This document shows positions 48,156 through 61,177 of a DNA stretch of 64,000 nucleotides, piece after piece. The stretch is from Octopus vulgaris (taxonomy: Eukaryota), in the NCBI GenBank assembly GCA_951406725.2, contig OX597830.1, positions 36,518,001 to 36,582,000 on the forward strand, read 5' to 3'. The notes beneath the pieces were generated by a model. The model saw only the letters and a program-made list of their open reading frames with translations, was not told where the DNA came from and did not search any database. A program made the position numbers and the translations under genes. Each line of letters opens with the position of its first letter. The stretch's first letter is position 1.

Positions 48156-51100
48156 ATCTTCAAGGGTTTGATACATAGATACAAAAAGAAAGAAAAACGG
48201 GTTGATCGTGGCTAAAATACCATTGAACTGAAAGTCTTTTCAATTACAGTTGACCTAGGGCTAAACAACTACCGAAACGTGTAACAATGTAAATACATTT
48301 CTGTTCTAACTTTTAGAGTGTGATCCGCTTCTTTTTTTTTCGGATATACGATCCACTGACGATATATATATTTGGAAACGCATGAGGGTTAGCGACAAGA
48401 TGGGCAGGCCATAGAAAATCTGCTTCAACAAATTCTGTCCGACCCATACGAACCTGGAAAAATGGACGTTAAACGACGACGATGATGATGATGTTGCAGT
48501 GAGATTTCACACCCACAACCCGACGAACGTCCGTTTCATGTCACCGAATACCCCTCGAACGTTCGCCATTTATTTGTGTAGTCACGAACCAAAAACTTAA
48601 TAGTATTATTGTATGTTGCACGCTTTTACCTCTCAGACTTTCATAAAGCAAGTGTCGGATGTTGACCCAATCTGCAACACCAACAATAGAGAATCTGCCG
48701 CCTTAAAAAGCCGTTAAGTACGGCCTTCAGACACAAACTTCAGATTTTTCACATTAAAAAAAACAAAAGCACATCATAAAGATATTTGCTAAACATATTT
48801 ATATTTCTTACTTGATCATTTAATAAATACATTTGCACCATAAATGTAATTATATTTCTCTATATAGCTAATAAAAAATTTCTTTGATTCAGCATTATTG
48901 TGCTTGTAATGCAATTGTACTTCCTCCACGTGCCAACGAACGAAACTCTACATCAGCCGTCCACAACCTTTTATTGCACTGCGAACCGGATGATCATGTG
49001 CATAATAAAACACAATAAAATGGCATAATATATATTTTAATTATTACATATATAATGTAAAAACACCTTCCAAACTGCGATGCTTATTAAACAGGAAAAA
49101 AATTTTCTCTCTATAGTCCTGTACTTGGGCACCCCTCCTCTACATGATTGCCCGATCTGCTGTATTGAAACGCACGTTGAATAATGTTATCCTGAGGTCC
49201 TTTTGCATATATACAAAAAGAAATAAATAAAAACGGGATGAGCATGGCTAAAATACTCTTGAACAGAGCTATGGTTGACCTAGGGCTAAACAAAACTGCC
49301 GAAACGTGTAACCATGTGCTACAGCTTTTATTTATGTTTCGTTCTTCTGTGGAACCCTGATCAAAAGAATTTCACCCGTGCCTATCCCATATTTTATTAA
49401 GACAATGCACTCCACGACTGACGACACTGTACAATGTGTCCTTCCTTTGCGGGGATAGGATTTGACTGCTATTTTTAACAAACCCAGCTACCAGCAAGAA
49501 AGGCTTCTTTATTGGCAATTACCATTTGTGAGAGTAGTTAAGAACAGACGGGAAAGATACGGCTACTGTTTTTAGCACGTGTAGTGACCACGTATATTTT
49601 CCCTCGCTGGTTTGTTTGTGGCTTTATTAAAAATAACTTGATGTTGACATTTCTCTACCAAGAACAGCCGTTCGTTTGTTCCTGTTGCAGCGAGTACTTG
49701 GGTTTGTTTTCTCATTATATATATATATAGCGAGAGAGAGAGAGAGAGGGGGGGTAAGAGAGGAGGATATGTGTGTGTGTGAGTATCGAAGTCACGGGAT
49801 TATGAATTTTCATGCTACAAAGTACGTGACTTCGCGAACGGCTGACTCCACTATACATACCCGTTCTTCACCCGTATCACACGTATAGATACATGTGCAA
49901 CCTAGCGGCAGTAGCTGCTATCACCATAGAGATAGACAGACAGAGGGGGAAAGAGTTGGATGACGTAGACGGATGGAGAGAAGAAATGTTCGTTGTGTGG
50001 GTTGATCGGCTACTGCTACTATATTATATAACATTAGCCACGAGACAGTAAGGGAACAACTGTGTGGTTGTCTGATCTGTTAGAAATAGCAGTCATATCT
50101 CTGAACTCACTTAGAGGACACGTAGGAGCACGGTGCTTGGTTAAGAGACAGGATGGTCCCACTTAAAATATCTTTGCTCGCAGGTTTGATCGGTTAGGAG
50201 CAACAGAACTTTTAGTATACAAATGTCAGCGATCTGTTAACGAAGCACTGGTTCTTAATAGTCCTTTGTATTATAGATATCAGGCCTGAAATTTCGTTGC
50301 AGAGGGAACTAGGCGACTCTGCAGCTTAAATGGTACATATTTAATCGACCATGAAAGGTGAAGTCGACCTCGGCGGAATTTGAACTCAGAACGTAAAGAG
50401 AAATGTCGTGAAGCATTTTGCCGACCGCGCTAACGATTATGCCAGTTCGCCGCCTTAGTTATACTAAATGGTTATAAACCGTTGAAATCTGCTTTTAAAT
50501 TTTATTCATCCGGATTCTATTAAAAAAAGGTTTAGTGTTTCTGTCGTGCATCCTTGACATGAATGGAATTGTAATGGAAATTAAGACTAAACCTGGGGAT
50601 GGTCGTCCCCAAGTATAAACAATGTTTCAACACACGATTTCACAACAAGAATCTTGCAAAACAAATATATAAACGTAAGACTAAACCCATCCTCCAGAAT
50701 ATGCGGCGTTGAGACATCAGAAATGGGAGAATCCGTGAATGCATCGCATGACAAGCTTTGCTGTGATTGTTCCGGCTCTTCACGTTCTGAGATCGCTTTC
50801 CACCAATGCCAACTTTGCTTTTCATTTCATATTTCTGGTTCGATAAAATAAAATGTCAGTCCAAGTATTAGAGCGGAATAAATTAATAAATCACGCCTTC
50901 GTTGAATCAACATTTGATACTTATTTTATGAACAACAGAAAGGTGAAAGGGCAAAGTAAGGTTTTTAAGTGACAGGCAATGAAATGCTGGGACAAAAACA
51001 TTATCGTGGTACCTACAGTACCATGACTTAAAAAGCATTAACCACGTATCTAAAACTAAAATACGTATAAACCTGTAAAATACAGTCCAATAAAAATTAT

Positions 51101-51764
51101 GAAAGTCATTTCTAATCTCGGGCCTATGTTGGAAATTGTTATAAATTATAATAAAGCCAAAGCAGAGAGAGAGTGTGTGTAGGTAAGTATGTATGTGTGA
51201 CTTAGTGTAGTGTTTATAATTGTTTTCCACTGCGATGAAAATTATTTTAGCTGCATTAAACGGTCTCGTATTTAAATCATCTCCAAAACAAATCCCGATA
51301 AGTAACTTTATTTATTTATTAGTAGCTAATGTTATTAACTATTAACATAGTATTGTTTGGTTCTGTAGGTCAACAAGCGAGACTACATATATGTCAAGTC
51401 GAGGACGACGCCGCCACAATGACATGCAATTGTTCACCGTGCAATATGACAGTCATTGATAACGTTACAGCTCCAAGGTCAGGTCAACTCTGATCAAGCA
51501 AAACTATAAATGAAAGACGTTCTATGACCGTTTCGTCTTATAAATAAGATAGGTTCATTCGTTAACTTCAGTAGAGTCCCTGGTAATGTTTAGTTTTAAA
51601 TTAATCTCGATCGAACTGGCCAATGCAGTCATCATTATGCAGGTCTCTTTTCATGGTTGCACAGGGCGACTACTTTACACACGTGTGTTGGAGGTATGTT
51701 ACGATTAAGGACGGGGTCGGACAGTTTGGCTACCAAAATACTCGCTACACCGATGTTTGAGGGA

Positions 51765-52812
51765 TAATTCGGTTCTTTAAAAAAATTTTTTTCAACTTGA
51801 ATTTTCTCAAGTTTTCTACACATGTAATTTTGCTGCTTTGCTAGCTGATGACGAAAATCACATTAATTTTCTCTGGAAATTGATGCTAAAAAGTCACAAG
51901 CCTTAAAACTTCAGTAAATTAACCAATCGGAAGCGCTCGTTGCTGACGTATCAGAAGTCGTATTTATCTATACCCATAAAATAGCCTTATCCATTATCGT
52001 TGTTATCCAAGTGTCAACGATACGTTCAGGAAAACATTAAGACAACTGAAATTTCCTTTTCTTTTTTTTAATGAAAAGAATTTAATGAAATAAAACGAAC
52101 ATTATTACGGCGATGAAAAAAATGTAATGAAATACAATAAACAGGTATCCAACTTCAAACGGTCCACTGTTTTGTGCAGAAATTGGCAGCCTCCTATCTC
52201 TGGAATGTGCGCTTATACTCGCCACAAGTCGCTCTATACATCGGTAAAATCGATTATCGAATGCACTCTTCCAGTGTAACATGATTCCGGGGAGACACAA
52301 CGTAAAGAGACATCTCTCATGCCTTGCAACACACCCCAACGAAAGCTCACCGTTCACGTAGCATTCTACTTTTGTTATATTTTCGGTTCGGAAACCGTGT
52401 CTCGTCTATTTCGACAATTCAAGACTAAACACCATTATTTAATAGGCCGCAGAGTAAATACTCAGCGCATATCTCGCGTTAATAATTGTTATAATCAACA
52501 GCTGTGGTGATGCTATTTCCGTACTCTTTCACACAAAAATAGTTCCCAGAAATACAAAATCAGAGTTACAGTCCTAAGAGAAAAAGTGATAATGTTAATG
52601 CCATCCCATGAAAACAGACAAGTGCGACTTCTGGTATATTGGCAATGGACGCTCCCGATTGGCTAAAATTACTTAACTCTAGAGGCTTGTACTTTTTCAT
52701 TATTAAATTCTAGAGTAAAATTAATGTGAATTTCGTCATCAACATGCTCAATGTCAGCGTAGAAAATCTGAGAAAATTTTGGTTGTGGGAAATTCTTTTA
52801 AAATCCCAAATA
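51765..52812 (-). mobile_element. Tc1/mariner-like element with ~200-bp diverged TIRs and a transposase C-terminal relic
   Basis: 51765-51960 is the reverse complement of about 52620-52812. Internal minus-strand RRLPISAQNSGPFE resembles the R+..CI..NGGHFE end of Tc1/mariner transposases. Confidence 0.55.
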
Positions 52813-53329
52813 GCTTCTACCGTCAACTTGGATTGTTCTAAAACTTGTAAATGAGAGAGAGTTGAGTCTGCAGTTCCTCGGATATCCTATCTTTAATGAG
52901 TCGCAGTTTCATTGACCCTTGCCTTTCCTCAGTAGTCGCAGAAAAGAGGGAAAAGGAAACGCTTTTGTAGGACAATTAGCAGAAACAAGTGAAGCGAATG
53001 TCATAGACAATGTTCCTCCTCTAATTTCGCCATATGATAAAAATATATATTAACTATCATGATTATATTCTACGTCAGAGAAAAGCGTTAGTTTATAAGA
53101 AAAGGAAAATGAGAATATGGGACTGCCATGCTTTACTCAATGACATCAATAAACCGCAGACAGATGGCAAACCAACTCACTTAAAATTTTCTTCTGGGGT
53201 TACATAATATGAAATACAAATTAACATGAAAGATACAAAAAAGAAGCAAAGGAATTAATTGTTCTACTTTTGAAATTTATATGATCGATTCTGCCGAGAA
53301 GAATGATATACAGCGACATCTAACGATCG

Positions 53330-54240
53330 TATGCGCACATTCCGGAAATATCGGGATACCACGCTACCAATTTCTGCACAGAACAGTGAATGTTCTTCAC
53401 GGTGTAGGACTGTAAAGTGAATTTTATTAATATGCCCAAAATTAGGCTAGTAAATCCCATATAATTGGATATTGGAAGAATAAGGCAACAAATTCTCGAC
53501 AAGATCCAACCCAAAGTAAAATCCACCTCACTTTGCCGTTATGATTCAAGGACTTACCGAAGAAATCCACCACAGAATTCCTCCAGTTCGACATTAATAA
53601 TTAATACCCCTCTATATCCAAATAGCTACTCATGAAAGCTATAAACTTCACAAGAACCATCACTGCTATTTCCGATGAAGAGATAAAGATTATCTTTCTT
53701 TCCCAATAAACTTTTGTCAAACATAAAGAGTCCTTTCGGCTCAATAAAAAACTCCCCACCCTTTGATGTTAGCATGGGTGCAAACGATTCGGCAGAGATC
53801 AATGACTTAGTCGGGCTATACCTCCTGCATATCACCAAAGATACTTTCTCAGGTGTCAAAGGAGATTTGTACCGCAACGACGGCTTCCTTACTATCAACA
53901 ACTGCAACCGTCAATTCACACACATATTCCTTTTGAATCTTTATAACTTCTACAACCTAGGCCTCAAATCTCTGTAGAACACAGCATAGCGAGAGCCAAT
54001 TTCCTGGACGTAACACTTGATCTATCTTCTCGTTCTGTTACCCATCTCATAAACCAAATGAATCTTTGCATTGCATCCACACTCATTCCAATCATCTTGG
54101 TTGCATTATTAACCACCTCGTTTCTAACATCTGTCGAAAACTTTTCTATCTTTCAGCAAACAAATTTTTACATAAGCTGTATCATATTATAATGATGCCC
54201 TCCTCAGAAATGGCTACAAAGATAGAATTACTTTTAACGA
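53330..54240 (+). pseudogene. Penelope-like element reverse transcriptase relic
   Basis: FLQFDI..YPSIS, FDVSMGANDSAEINDLVGLYLL, DLYRNDG (decayed YRDDG), NFLDVTLDL and HSNH are Penelope RT/thumb motifs, with stops and frameshifts. Confidence 0.88.
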
Positions 54241-54492
54241 AGAATTATATTCATATTATACTTTATTCATTTACGCACGTTTCAAATGATTCGACGAGCC
54301 GAATTTGTGAGACATTGTGGTTTGTGTGCTTAATCGATCCATTGATGTCTAATTCATAATTATGTAAGATTAAGTGTCAACTAATTCAAAGTAGCAAACA
54401 GAACGTACACTAAAACATTGCCTAGTTAGATTATTTAGGGGTTTCAAGTTTCGCATTCTTTGAATAAAGTTCCACCAAATAAAATATATTAT

Positions 54493-54717
54493 AGAATGTA
54501 AAAAGAGAGAAAACAGACAGCTTCTGACAATGCAGAAGGTTTAATAAAACCTTTATATTTCAGGCGGAATTTGAATGGGTTAACTGAACCTACATAACTA
54601 GACTTTTCTTATCTTCTGAAGATAAGCTGTGGCGTCTGAAATAGAAAGGTTTTTATCAAACTTTCCGCATTGTCAGAAGCCGTCTATTTTCTCTCTTATT
54701 ACCTCTTTTTACATTCT
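54493..54717. repeat. Long imperfect inverted repeat (Penelope terminal-repeat-like) with a hammerhead-like core
   Basis: Arms 54493-54566 and 54633-54717 are reverse complements. CTT-CTGAAGA...GAAA-TA(G/T)A-AAG at 54613-54648; related copies at about 59790-59840 and 61374-61470. Confidence 0.8.
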
Positions 54718-55144
54718 TCGATATTGCAATGCTTGAAGCGAACTACAATGCTCTTATTAAAGCATATATTTAAAATAAAAAAAATTAAGTTACCAACCAA
54801 TAAAAAGAATGCTATGATATGAAATATATTCTAAAGAAAGCACAAGCCACATTACTTTGGTTGTGAAATTTATAAAACCACGATTGGAAACAGATGAATT
54901 TTGAAATAGTTAAAGAAAGAGGTGCTCATAATCTAATTAGTGAGGAAGATGAATCATTACAATATGATCCAAGTATCGAATTAATTTATTCCAATTCAGG
55001 TTAATTTGGAGAGGGTTTCAAATATGAATTGATTCCCCAAAAGAAGTATAATCAATGGAAACGTGACTAAAGTATTGATATTTGTACCAGAACAAGCTAA
55101 TCATTTAAGATTTTTGCTTGTAAATACTAAGAATGCTCTACTGT

Positions 55145-55501
55145 ATCGTGTAAACTGCGAATTCGAAATTCATTACATTTATTTCTTAAGTTGGAGTTAA
55201 TTTGAGAAGCTCGAGCGTTTATTCCAGCCACAAATAACACTGGGAATTCCTGCCATTATACAGGGGATCGCTACTTATTTATAGGCTCTGCCATAGAATA
55301 TTTTATATTATTCTCCTTGAATCTATAAATAAATTTGCTTAATGACGTGACATTTTCTTTTCTTTTACATTTAGAAGAAGTGTAATTATGGATTCTAAAT
55401 TTGAATTTTGTATCACCAGCGCCCATGTAATAACATACTTTTCCATGTGTTATTACAGAACATCTATAAACTGTAGTTTTCCTTAGATATTGGTTATCCA
55501 A
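55145..55501 (-). pseudogene. Penelope-like GIY-YIG endonuclease relic
   Basis: TTVYRCSV....CYYMGAGDTKFKFRIHNY...TSLSKFIYRFK matches the PLE VY..YIG..FK.R..NH..T.LSK..W.LK pattern. Confidence 0.8.
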
Positions 55502-55594
55502 GAGTCGGTAAACGACGACTTGTCATCAGCTGCCGTTGTGCAGCTGATGCATAACACCTTCACACAAAAACGGCCTGTGACCAGTACCTTCACG

Positions 55595-55870
55595 CAAGAA
55601 TACAAAAACCGAATCGCAATCCTAAGAGGAAAAGTGATAATGTTAATGACGTTCCTTTGGAAACAAACAATTGCGACTTCTGCTATTAGGCAATGGATGC
55701 TTCCGATTGGCTAAAATTCCGTAACTTCAAATGGTTGTAACTTTTTTTTTTACTATAAATTTCTATAGAAAATGAATGTGATTTTCATGATCTGCTAGCA
55801 AAACTACGAGTGTAGAAAAATTGAAAAAATTCTGGTGTTTGGAAAAAATTTTTGAAACATCCGATAATTT
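55595..55870 (+). mobile_element. Solo copy of the long TIR of the 51765-52812 element
   Basis: CCTAAGAG.AAAAGTGATAATGTTAATG..TGCGACTTCTG..CCGATTGGCTAAAATT is shared with 52550-52812. Confidence 0.75.
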
Positions 55871-56087
55871 TATCAAAGCGTGCGACACAATGAAGCTCTG
55901 CCTGGAAACTAAGGCGAAATTTTATTGATGTTTTCTTACTATTTACATTAGGATCTGCGGTTATTTTCTTACTATTTACTACAGAACGACAATATTTTCT
56001 CTACCCTCATGCTTCTAAAATTACTTTCGCTTAAAGTACAAAGCCTATTTTTACAGGAAGGATAAATTGTTTATAATCAGTTACTGT

Positions 56088-56430
56088 AAAGGCGGCGAGC
56101 TGGCAGAAAAGTTAGCACGCCGGGCGAAATGCTTAGCAATGTTCTGAGTTCAAATTCCGCCGAGGTCGACTTTGCCTTTCATCCTATCGGATATAATCGT
56201 TTGTCTGTCCTTGTTTGTCCCCCTCTGTGTGTAGCCCCTTGTGGGCAGTAAAGAAATAAGAATCGTTAGTACGCTGAGCAAAAAAAATCTTAGCGGCATT
56301 TCGCCCGTCTTTAAGTTTTGAGTTCAAATTCCGCCGAGGTCGACTTCGCCTTTCATCCTTTCGGGATCGATAAAATAAATACCAGTTGAGCACTAGGGTC
56401 AATATAATCGACTTACCTTACCCCGCAAAA
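56088..56430 (+). mobile_element. Two tandem or nested family D SINE copies
   Basis: GAGTTCAAATTCCGCCGAGGTCGACTT.GCCTTTCATCC occurs twice (about 56147 and 56320). Confidence 0.78.
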
Positions 56431-58764
56431 TTTGAAATCTCTAATCAGCTACTGTATATTAATCACGGCTCCAACTCCCTTTCCCAAGATTAATGAAATA
56501 CAAAGGTCACATCACACCACCTCGCTTGAAGGAGTGTAGAAGCCAAAGATAACAGAAATTAATCTGAAGCAAGTCTCCCCTCTCTCTTTTTCTTTCTCTT
56601 TCCACCGTCTCACTCTCTCTTAGCTTATTAGTCTCGAAAGGTATGCAAAAGTATTGCTCCTCCTCCTTACCTGTAAAACATACCTACCTACAGCGGGAAC
56701 AGAAATATTTTTGTGTTAAACAATAGTGCATATTTTTTTTTGTGTCACTATTTACCTATTTCCAATGTATATGTATATACTTAATTTATTTCGAATCGTA
56801 TTTAAATTCAAATCTCAATGCTAAAACAAAAAGCAAAAATTTAATCAATGAATCGGTGATACTTATGGGCCAAACATAATTGTGGGACATTACTTAAAAA
56901 AACACCGTTCTCTGTCTTGTAAATGTTAAGGTCAGATTTGTTGTAAGTTTTCTCCTCTGTAGCTGTTCACGAAGACTCTTTGCCAAAGTTCTTTCGTAAC
57001 ATCAATATAACCTTTCCCTGACACAACAACACTGTCTAGAGGAGAAAGCTGTGATACAACCTAACACGTGATTAAATAACCTTTTTTTAGTTTCGGCAAT
57101 CCTCTCTGATTTCTAACGGTGCTATGGAAAATTTGTTCCTCTTGCACAGGATTCCTGAATAGCATCGGTGTGTTAGCTGAATGATTCTTAAAAATACCAT
57201 ATGACACTTAACCAACATTAAATAGTAATGTTATTAAAAATAATTTCACGTGTCTTGTGGGTGAGGGTGTTATTTGTCTGAGTTCTATTTCAGTGTATTT
57301 CATTTATATAACATAATATTCTTATTAAAATACAATACAAAGCGTGGTGGTTGACATAATCGTTGAAATATCGGATAAAAATGCCTTGAGGTATTTAGTT
57401 AACGGTTTGTTCTTTACGTTCCGAATTTGAATCCTGTGTATGTCAACTTCGTTTTTTTATACTTTTGAGTGTTGATAAATAGTAAGATCGATTTCATTGA
57501 CTATACCCCCCACTTTCACCTCCTAACATGTGGTCTTGTAATCAAAAACATACATGAAAATAATTTGAACACTAACAAAAGTTAGTCACTTGTATTTTGT
57601 ATTTATAATTTTTATTTACCCCTGATTAAAGATCAGTTCCCGAAAAACCACTTCTCTGTTGCTTTAGCTAAACATTCCATATCAAAACACGACCTTTCCT
57701 TGTCTCCTGTTTTTACTATAAGCAAAAGTATTTCAGCCGCAATGATCCTGCTTTTTAGGGATACCTAAGACAAGGTCTACATTATGCAGTAAGGTGGTCG
57801 ATTGGCTGAATCGTTAGAACATCGGCCTCGCAGTAATTGTTCCGATTCTGTGTACTCTGAGTTCAAATGCCGCCAAGGTCAAGTTTATTATTCACCCTTC
57901 CGGACTCAATAACTAAAGAATCGAACCAGGTACTTAAATGCTAGCATAGAATGCATTATTCTGCCTCAGAATCGGCTGCGCTGTGAGAAGGTCGTAGAAA
58001 CCAATAATAATATTCCCCGTCTCTGAGATATTAGAGGGTTGAGTGAGGGTCTTGCAACCTTTTTTCATCGAGCATGCTATTTTTGTTTTTAGTTAGAGAA
58101 ATTACCTAATGCATCCCTCCATATTTAAGACGAATAAGTTTGAAACTCAACGAATTTGGCTACTGTTTCCCCCTTTCATTACTAAAATAATGCATGGGAT
58201 GCTTAGATTGGATCCCACTCTGTCATATATTTCGTCCCTGAGAGTATTTGAAGCGTCCCAATAAAACAAACGAATTCGAGTCAACAAGGGATTCATTCCG
58301 TGATTGTTTGACCTTCAACAAAAATCTTCTTCAAATCATACTCTATAATTTTACAAAAACAAAAAAAAAAAAAAAGAAAGGGAGGACATTTGAGATGTCC
58401 CGTAAAAATTTTAAAAACAGGATGACCTCAGGTGGAACCTCTTTTATCGCAGAACTATTCGATCCGGGTTCATTATTCTAGGGTTAGTTAAAACCAAATA
58501 TATTAATCAATTATCCCATTGCTTACAGTGAAGAAATGTACCTCTCTTCCATTCATGTTTACAGCTTTGTGGAGCTGGCCGAAGGAGCAGTTGTGTTTGT
58601 TTTTTTTACTTTAATTTGAAGAAAAGTAGTGCCTAAAAGCTTTTTCAGGCCCTCCCAAATTATGGATATCGATGCCAAACCTGACTACAAGTAAGAAAAA
58701 CGAAGTGCTGAGGATGCTTGCAATAGGATCAAACCCTCTTGAGCAGGGTACCCAACTACCCTAT

Positions 58765-58970
58765 CGCAGACCAGTACCGGGCAGCACAGAAATAATAGAT
58801 ATTTAAATTTTATCTTTATTTTACTGACTACCGTAGTTTGCAGTGTGTTTTTGCATTTATATGTATTATATTTGTTATAATTAAATTATATATTATGTAC
58901 TTTATCGTGTTTTGTTATGCGCATGATCCCCCCGGGTCCGTGGTGTGAAAAAGGTCGGGGACCGCTATTC
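58765..58970. mobile_element. hAT/Charlie-type MITE fragment
   Basis: Right terminus GGTCCGTGGTGTGAAAAAGGTCGGGGACCGCT resembles Charlie/MER-type hAT ends. Confidence 0.5.
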
Positions 58971-59099
58971 TACAGGCATTCAACAATCAGGTGACGGTGA
59001 TATCGTTTACTTGTTTCGCCCCAGATCCACTCTGATTGAGCTGGCCTATAATTAAAGGTATCCCGACCGCTTCTAGGTCGTATTTGTAGTTGTATGCAG

Positions 59100-59274
59100 A
59101 ACTATATTTTCTTCTGTCTTTTCCTTTTAAGATGGTAGGATGTAATTTTAGACAGATTTTGTAGCTAATTCTAGCAGATAGGGTCACATTTGAAATGTTT
59201 TAATCGAACTCAGAAAGCGTAAATGTCTTTCGAACTCTAGAACCTAATTTAAAGTAACTTGAAAGTATAATTAA
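59100..59274. repeat. Left arm of a near-identical inverted duplication (partner 61668-61863)
   Basis: Reverse-complement match over about 175 bp with only a few mismatches and one ~21-nt indel. Confidence 0.92.
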
Positions 59275-59921
59275 AAAATGAAAAGGAAAAAAAAAACAAA
59301 AAAACTATTAATTAAATATTTAGCTTAATTCATGAACAATTTATTTACATATTTAGAGCAATTCATTAAATAGTTAAAATATTAAAAGCAATAAACAAAT
59401 CGTAACTCCATCAATTAATTCAAAATATTTAATTCTGCAATATATTTAAGGACATACAAAGCAGATGCTAATTAATTTCTTTCTACAAATATTTCACGAA
59501 TGATATAGAACATTTATAAATCAATTACTCTTTAGGTTAAACAATCACTGTTTCATATTTTAATATGAATTTTTTGTTGGTAACCTCACTCTTTATCTGT
59601 TTTACAATATATCTATAGTGATGGGTATCACCCGGAAAATAAATAACCCATGTGTTGTCTCCCTTGCAGTATAATTGCATCTGGCAGTTCCCCTGGAAAT
59701 TTCAGTCTTATTTTGAAACTGTTAAGAGAAATAAGAGCATTATAGTTCGCTTGAAGCATTGTAGTACAGAAGTTGAAAATGAATGAAATGAGAAATAAGG
59801 AAAGCTTCGAACAATGCAGAAAGTTTTAAAAAAACCCTTTAGGAAAGATTTCCTTTGTACCCTCCCGTAAAATTTCTTCAAAAATATTACACATGGTGGA
59901 AAAATGTCTTATAATAATAAT

Positions 59922-60141
59922 TATTTCTTTATTGCCCACAAGGGGCTAAACATAGAGGGGTCAGACAAAGGGATTAAGTCGATTACATCGACCCCAGTGC
60001 GAAACTGGTACTTTATTTATCGACCCCGAAAGGATGAAAGGTAAAGTCGACCTCGGCGGAATTTGAACTCAGAACGTAACGACAGACGATATACCGCTAA
60101 GCATTTCGCCCGGCGCGCAAACGAGTCTGCCAACGCCGCCT
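59922..60141 (-). mobile_element. SINE family D, young CpG-intact copy
   Basis: Complete reverse-complement copy ending in an (ATT)n-like tail. Confidence 0.8.
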
Positions 60142-60234
60142 TGAAATAATAATAAGGAGAAAATCATAAAAATTAAGAATCTCTATTAACAAAAAAAATT
60201 CATTTCTGTGTTATCTGTATTCATGTCCCAATTT

Positions 60235-60622
60235 GCCAAACATTAAATATAATATATAATATTATGAAATTATTGTATACAGTGCTCAGGTGCACCTCAA
60301 CTTGTCAAAAGTGTGTATAAAGCATATGCAGTAATGTACAAATGTCTGGAAAGTGAAGTGTATGAGTCAGATACATGCTTGCGTGTGTATGGAGGGGAGA
60401 AAATCAGGTGTAGTGTTGGCGAATCTCAGGAAGCATGGAAGTTTTGAAGGATGCAGTGCACCAACAACTAACAACTGTTTGTTCCATGCTTCAGCAACTC
60501 ATAGCATGAAAATATGTTTCCGAAGGTCATGAGAGCTGTGCTGTTTTCTGACTTTGTAAGCATGTCCATGGGTGTTAGACAGGTGGAGTTTGAAAAGGTG
60601 CTCAGAGTTATTGTTAGTAAGG
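60235..60622 (-). mobile_element. CR1/L2-group LINE 3' end
   Basis: Minus-strand NTHGHAYKVRKQHSSHDLRKHIF..*VAEAWN matches the TRGH..KL.K...R..FFS.RV...WN C-terminus, followed by a 3' UTR and AT-rich tail. Confidence 0.8.
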
Positions 60623-60804
60623 CCTAAATTGTTCCACTCTATGAAATTTGCCTAACCTTAGGACATGAATATACATAATACAGAAATAAAGTTTCTTTTA
60701 ATAGAAATTATTAATTTTTATGACTTTCTCATCATTATTATTATAAGACATGGTAGGAAAACAATTTTCCACTATGTGTTATATTTAAAAAAAATTTTTT
60801 ACAT

Positions 60805-61177
60805 AGGTGCAGGAGTGGCGGTGTGGTAAGTAGCTTGCTTACCAACCACATGGTTCTGGGTTCATTCCCATTGCGTGGCACCTTGGGCAAGTGTCTTCTA
60901 CTATAGCCTCGGGCTGACCAAAGCCTTCTGAGTGGATTTGGTAGATGGAAAGTGAAAGAAGCCTGTCGTATATGTATGTGTGTGTATATGTTTGTATGTC
61001 TGTGTTTGTCCCCCCAACATCGCTTGACAACCGATGGTGGTGTATTTACGTCCCCTAAACTTAGCAGTTTGGCTAAAGAGACTTCCAAAGAATAAGTCCT
61101 GGGGTCGATTTGCTCGACTAAAGGCGGTGCTCCAGCATGGCCACAGTCAAATGACTGAAACTAGTAAAAGAGTAAAG
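60805..61177 (+). mobile_element. SINE family A
   Basis: Full head and body with a short internal deletion. Confidence 0.82.

Noticed and set aside
50560-50830. Dong/R4-like LINE zinc-knuckle relic (SRICG...SHDKL)
   Set aside because: Similarity too weak to support by eye.
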